DNA of 64,000 nt from Lepidodermella squamata (Eukaryota; Animalia; Gastrotricha), in contig JBLDXI010000042.1 of NCBI GenBank assembly GCA_047495785.1, forward strand, positions 1,364,001 to 1,428,000. Direction: 5' to 3'. Positions 62,564-64,000 of this stretch are shown here, piece after piece (position 1 is the stretch's first letter; the number at the start of each line of letters is the position of its first letter). Below the pieces are notes generated by a model. It had not been told where the DNA came from. It worked only from the letters and a program-made list of their open reading frames with translations, and did no database searches. The position numbers and the translations under genes are program-made.

Positions 62564-63279
62564 TGGCTATGCTATAAATTGAACCTAGATAATAGATAAG
62601 TCAGGCAATTTTGAGAGGCCAATCAAGGAGTTTAAGGATTGTATACCGAGAGGGCATGGTGTGCGATCTTGGATCCTGGAGCTGGCCAGTGATGGATATT
62701 TGTTTGCTGTTTTTGCCAAAAATACTAGGAATTTCAACCAAAGAACGAGCGAAGCGAGGAAATTTAGAAGATTATCCACCAAATTACGCTCGAAAACCTC
62801 TAAACATTTCGGGATCGGAAAGGGGGGTGGGATGACTTCAGTTTTTTTTATTTCGTAGCCTCCCTATTGCGTCGCATGATAATGTCACAAGAGCTGAATT
62901 TTCCTAATTTTTTGTGTTCTATCCGGAAATTATTACGTTTGGCGGTAATGAAAACATAAGCTTGGTCTTCGGTCGAACTGAAATTGCATTACCCTGGAAA
63001 AAGTGACAAATACTTTGAACCTACTTTTTGATTAGTGAATGATAGCATCTAGTCTGCATATACTCTACAAGGAATTGATTTAAAAAGCGATCCTGAGACT
63101 TGTTTCAAAGGAATCATTAGCATAATTGAAGGAGTAAATTATCGATAATTGCCGCCGCATCCGAAAGTTGATCTTTTAATTATCGAAGTCACACTTAAAA
63201 AACGCGATCTTTCATTAACGGACAAATCAGGAAAAAGCTGACTGTAAAAGCTGCAGCAACCAGGGTTACTAACTAGGAG

Positions 63280-63440
63280 CAACTAGGGTCCTGAGTCTGT
63301 GTATGGCTTTTTTTGGTTCAGTCTTCACCGAAATGACTTTGGAAGCTTGGAGCTAGGACTGCTCACTCAGCCTGCTCTGTTTTGCGGAGAGAGAAATGGT
63401 TCCGAGTTTCGAGGTAAGCTTTATCTTAAACCGTCTGAAC
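63280..63440 (+). pseudogene. Decayed prolyl 4-hydroxylase C-terminal fragment
   Basis: Matches about 52590-52755 (FWxSLHRN, RTAHSAC, EKW, FRG.L.LKP) with frameshifts. Confidence 0.7.
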
Positions 63441-63669
63441 TTAGAAATTCGGCAGAACTTGTTTTTCTGATTGGAAATTTTTTAGTTTGAACTCATGAAA
63501 CAATGCAGCGCTCTAGTAAATCAATGCCATGAACAACAGGATCTGATCACGATTTTATTTCCCCCAAGGTATCCTATCCTATCCTTCACTTGACTTATCA
63601 ATGATACTCATCTCTTTCTCTCCTAGACGCTTTATCGGATCTCATCTCAGCAATTCACGGCTCGTCATC

Positions 63670-63930
63670 TTCATCCCTGCATGGGGTGTAGTGTTTACGT
63701 GGCTTTGTAGCTGCTGAACGTTGAGGAGGCTGGCATGGGCTTCATGAAAGGACACAATCTCGGATACAAAATGCAGTTCCGACCATTCGTGTCGTGTAAG
63801 AAGTGATAGCAACCAGCGGTGCCCAGGCACATTCCAGCACACGCTTCGGCGGTTGGAAGGTTACCGAAAATCCGAATAACAGATCCATCGCACTGAGTGC
63901 TAATTTTGGTAAAGGATTTCAAATAGTTGG
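63670..63930 (-). pseudogene. PAN/apple-domain terminal exon, probably with a premature stop; gene continues beyond the window
   Basis: Paralogue of the 53036 exon. YKAT is followed by TAA then TLHP, where paralogues read YKATY(T/I)xHP. Confidence 0.6.
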
Positions 63931-64000
63931 CTATGAGAAAAGAGGCAACAGGAAAATTAGACAAAAGAAAAGAAGACTTATTGAATTTTTACTTGGTTGG

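Noticed and set aside
1-64000. tRNA, rRNA or other structured RNA genes; bacterial origin of the contig
   Set aside because: None was recognised. Spliceosomal introns, LINEs and metazoan gene families indicate an animal nuclear locus.

Overview
Compact animal (invertebrate-type) genomic DNA with short GT-AG introns, mostly about 50-60 nt. The organism cannot be identified from this window. The left 38 kb is a tandem birth-and-death array of a 4-exon gene for an unrecognised secreted Cys-rich protein with 13-aa CxxGQSC repeats. It has three apparently intact copies, one transposon-split copy, one 5'-truncated copy and inverted fragments. The array is interleaved with mobile elements: a CACTA/EnSpm-type element, an internally deleted Sola2-type element, a 3.06-kb non-coding TIR element, a MITE, an intact-looking CR1-clade LINE whose ORF1 and ORF2 are in frame across one TAG, and a truncated second LINE. 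Two further non-coding elements end in long hairpins that should fold on the minus strand only (repeated tandem G-A pairs, G-T wobbles, GNA loops). The right part (32-64 kb) is gene-dense. It holds two divergent GABA-B-like class C GPCRs, an intronless HxxxD acyltransferase, four shortened prolyl 4-hydroxylase alpha paralogues plus a relic, a secreted M13 peptidase, three PAN/apple-domain genes, an intronless sterol-desaturase-family gene, a 3-exon double-knottin peptide gene missed by the ORF track, and a LamG-EGF gene. All family calls come from motif recognition by eye; no database search was run.
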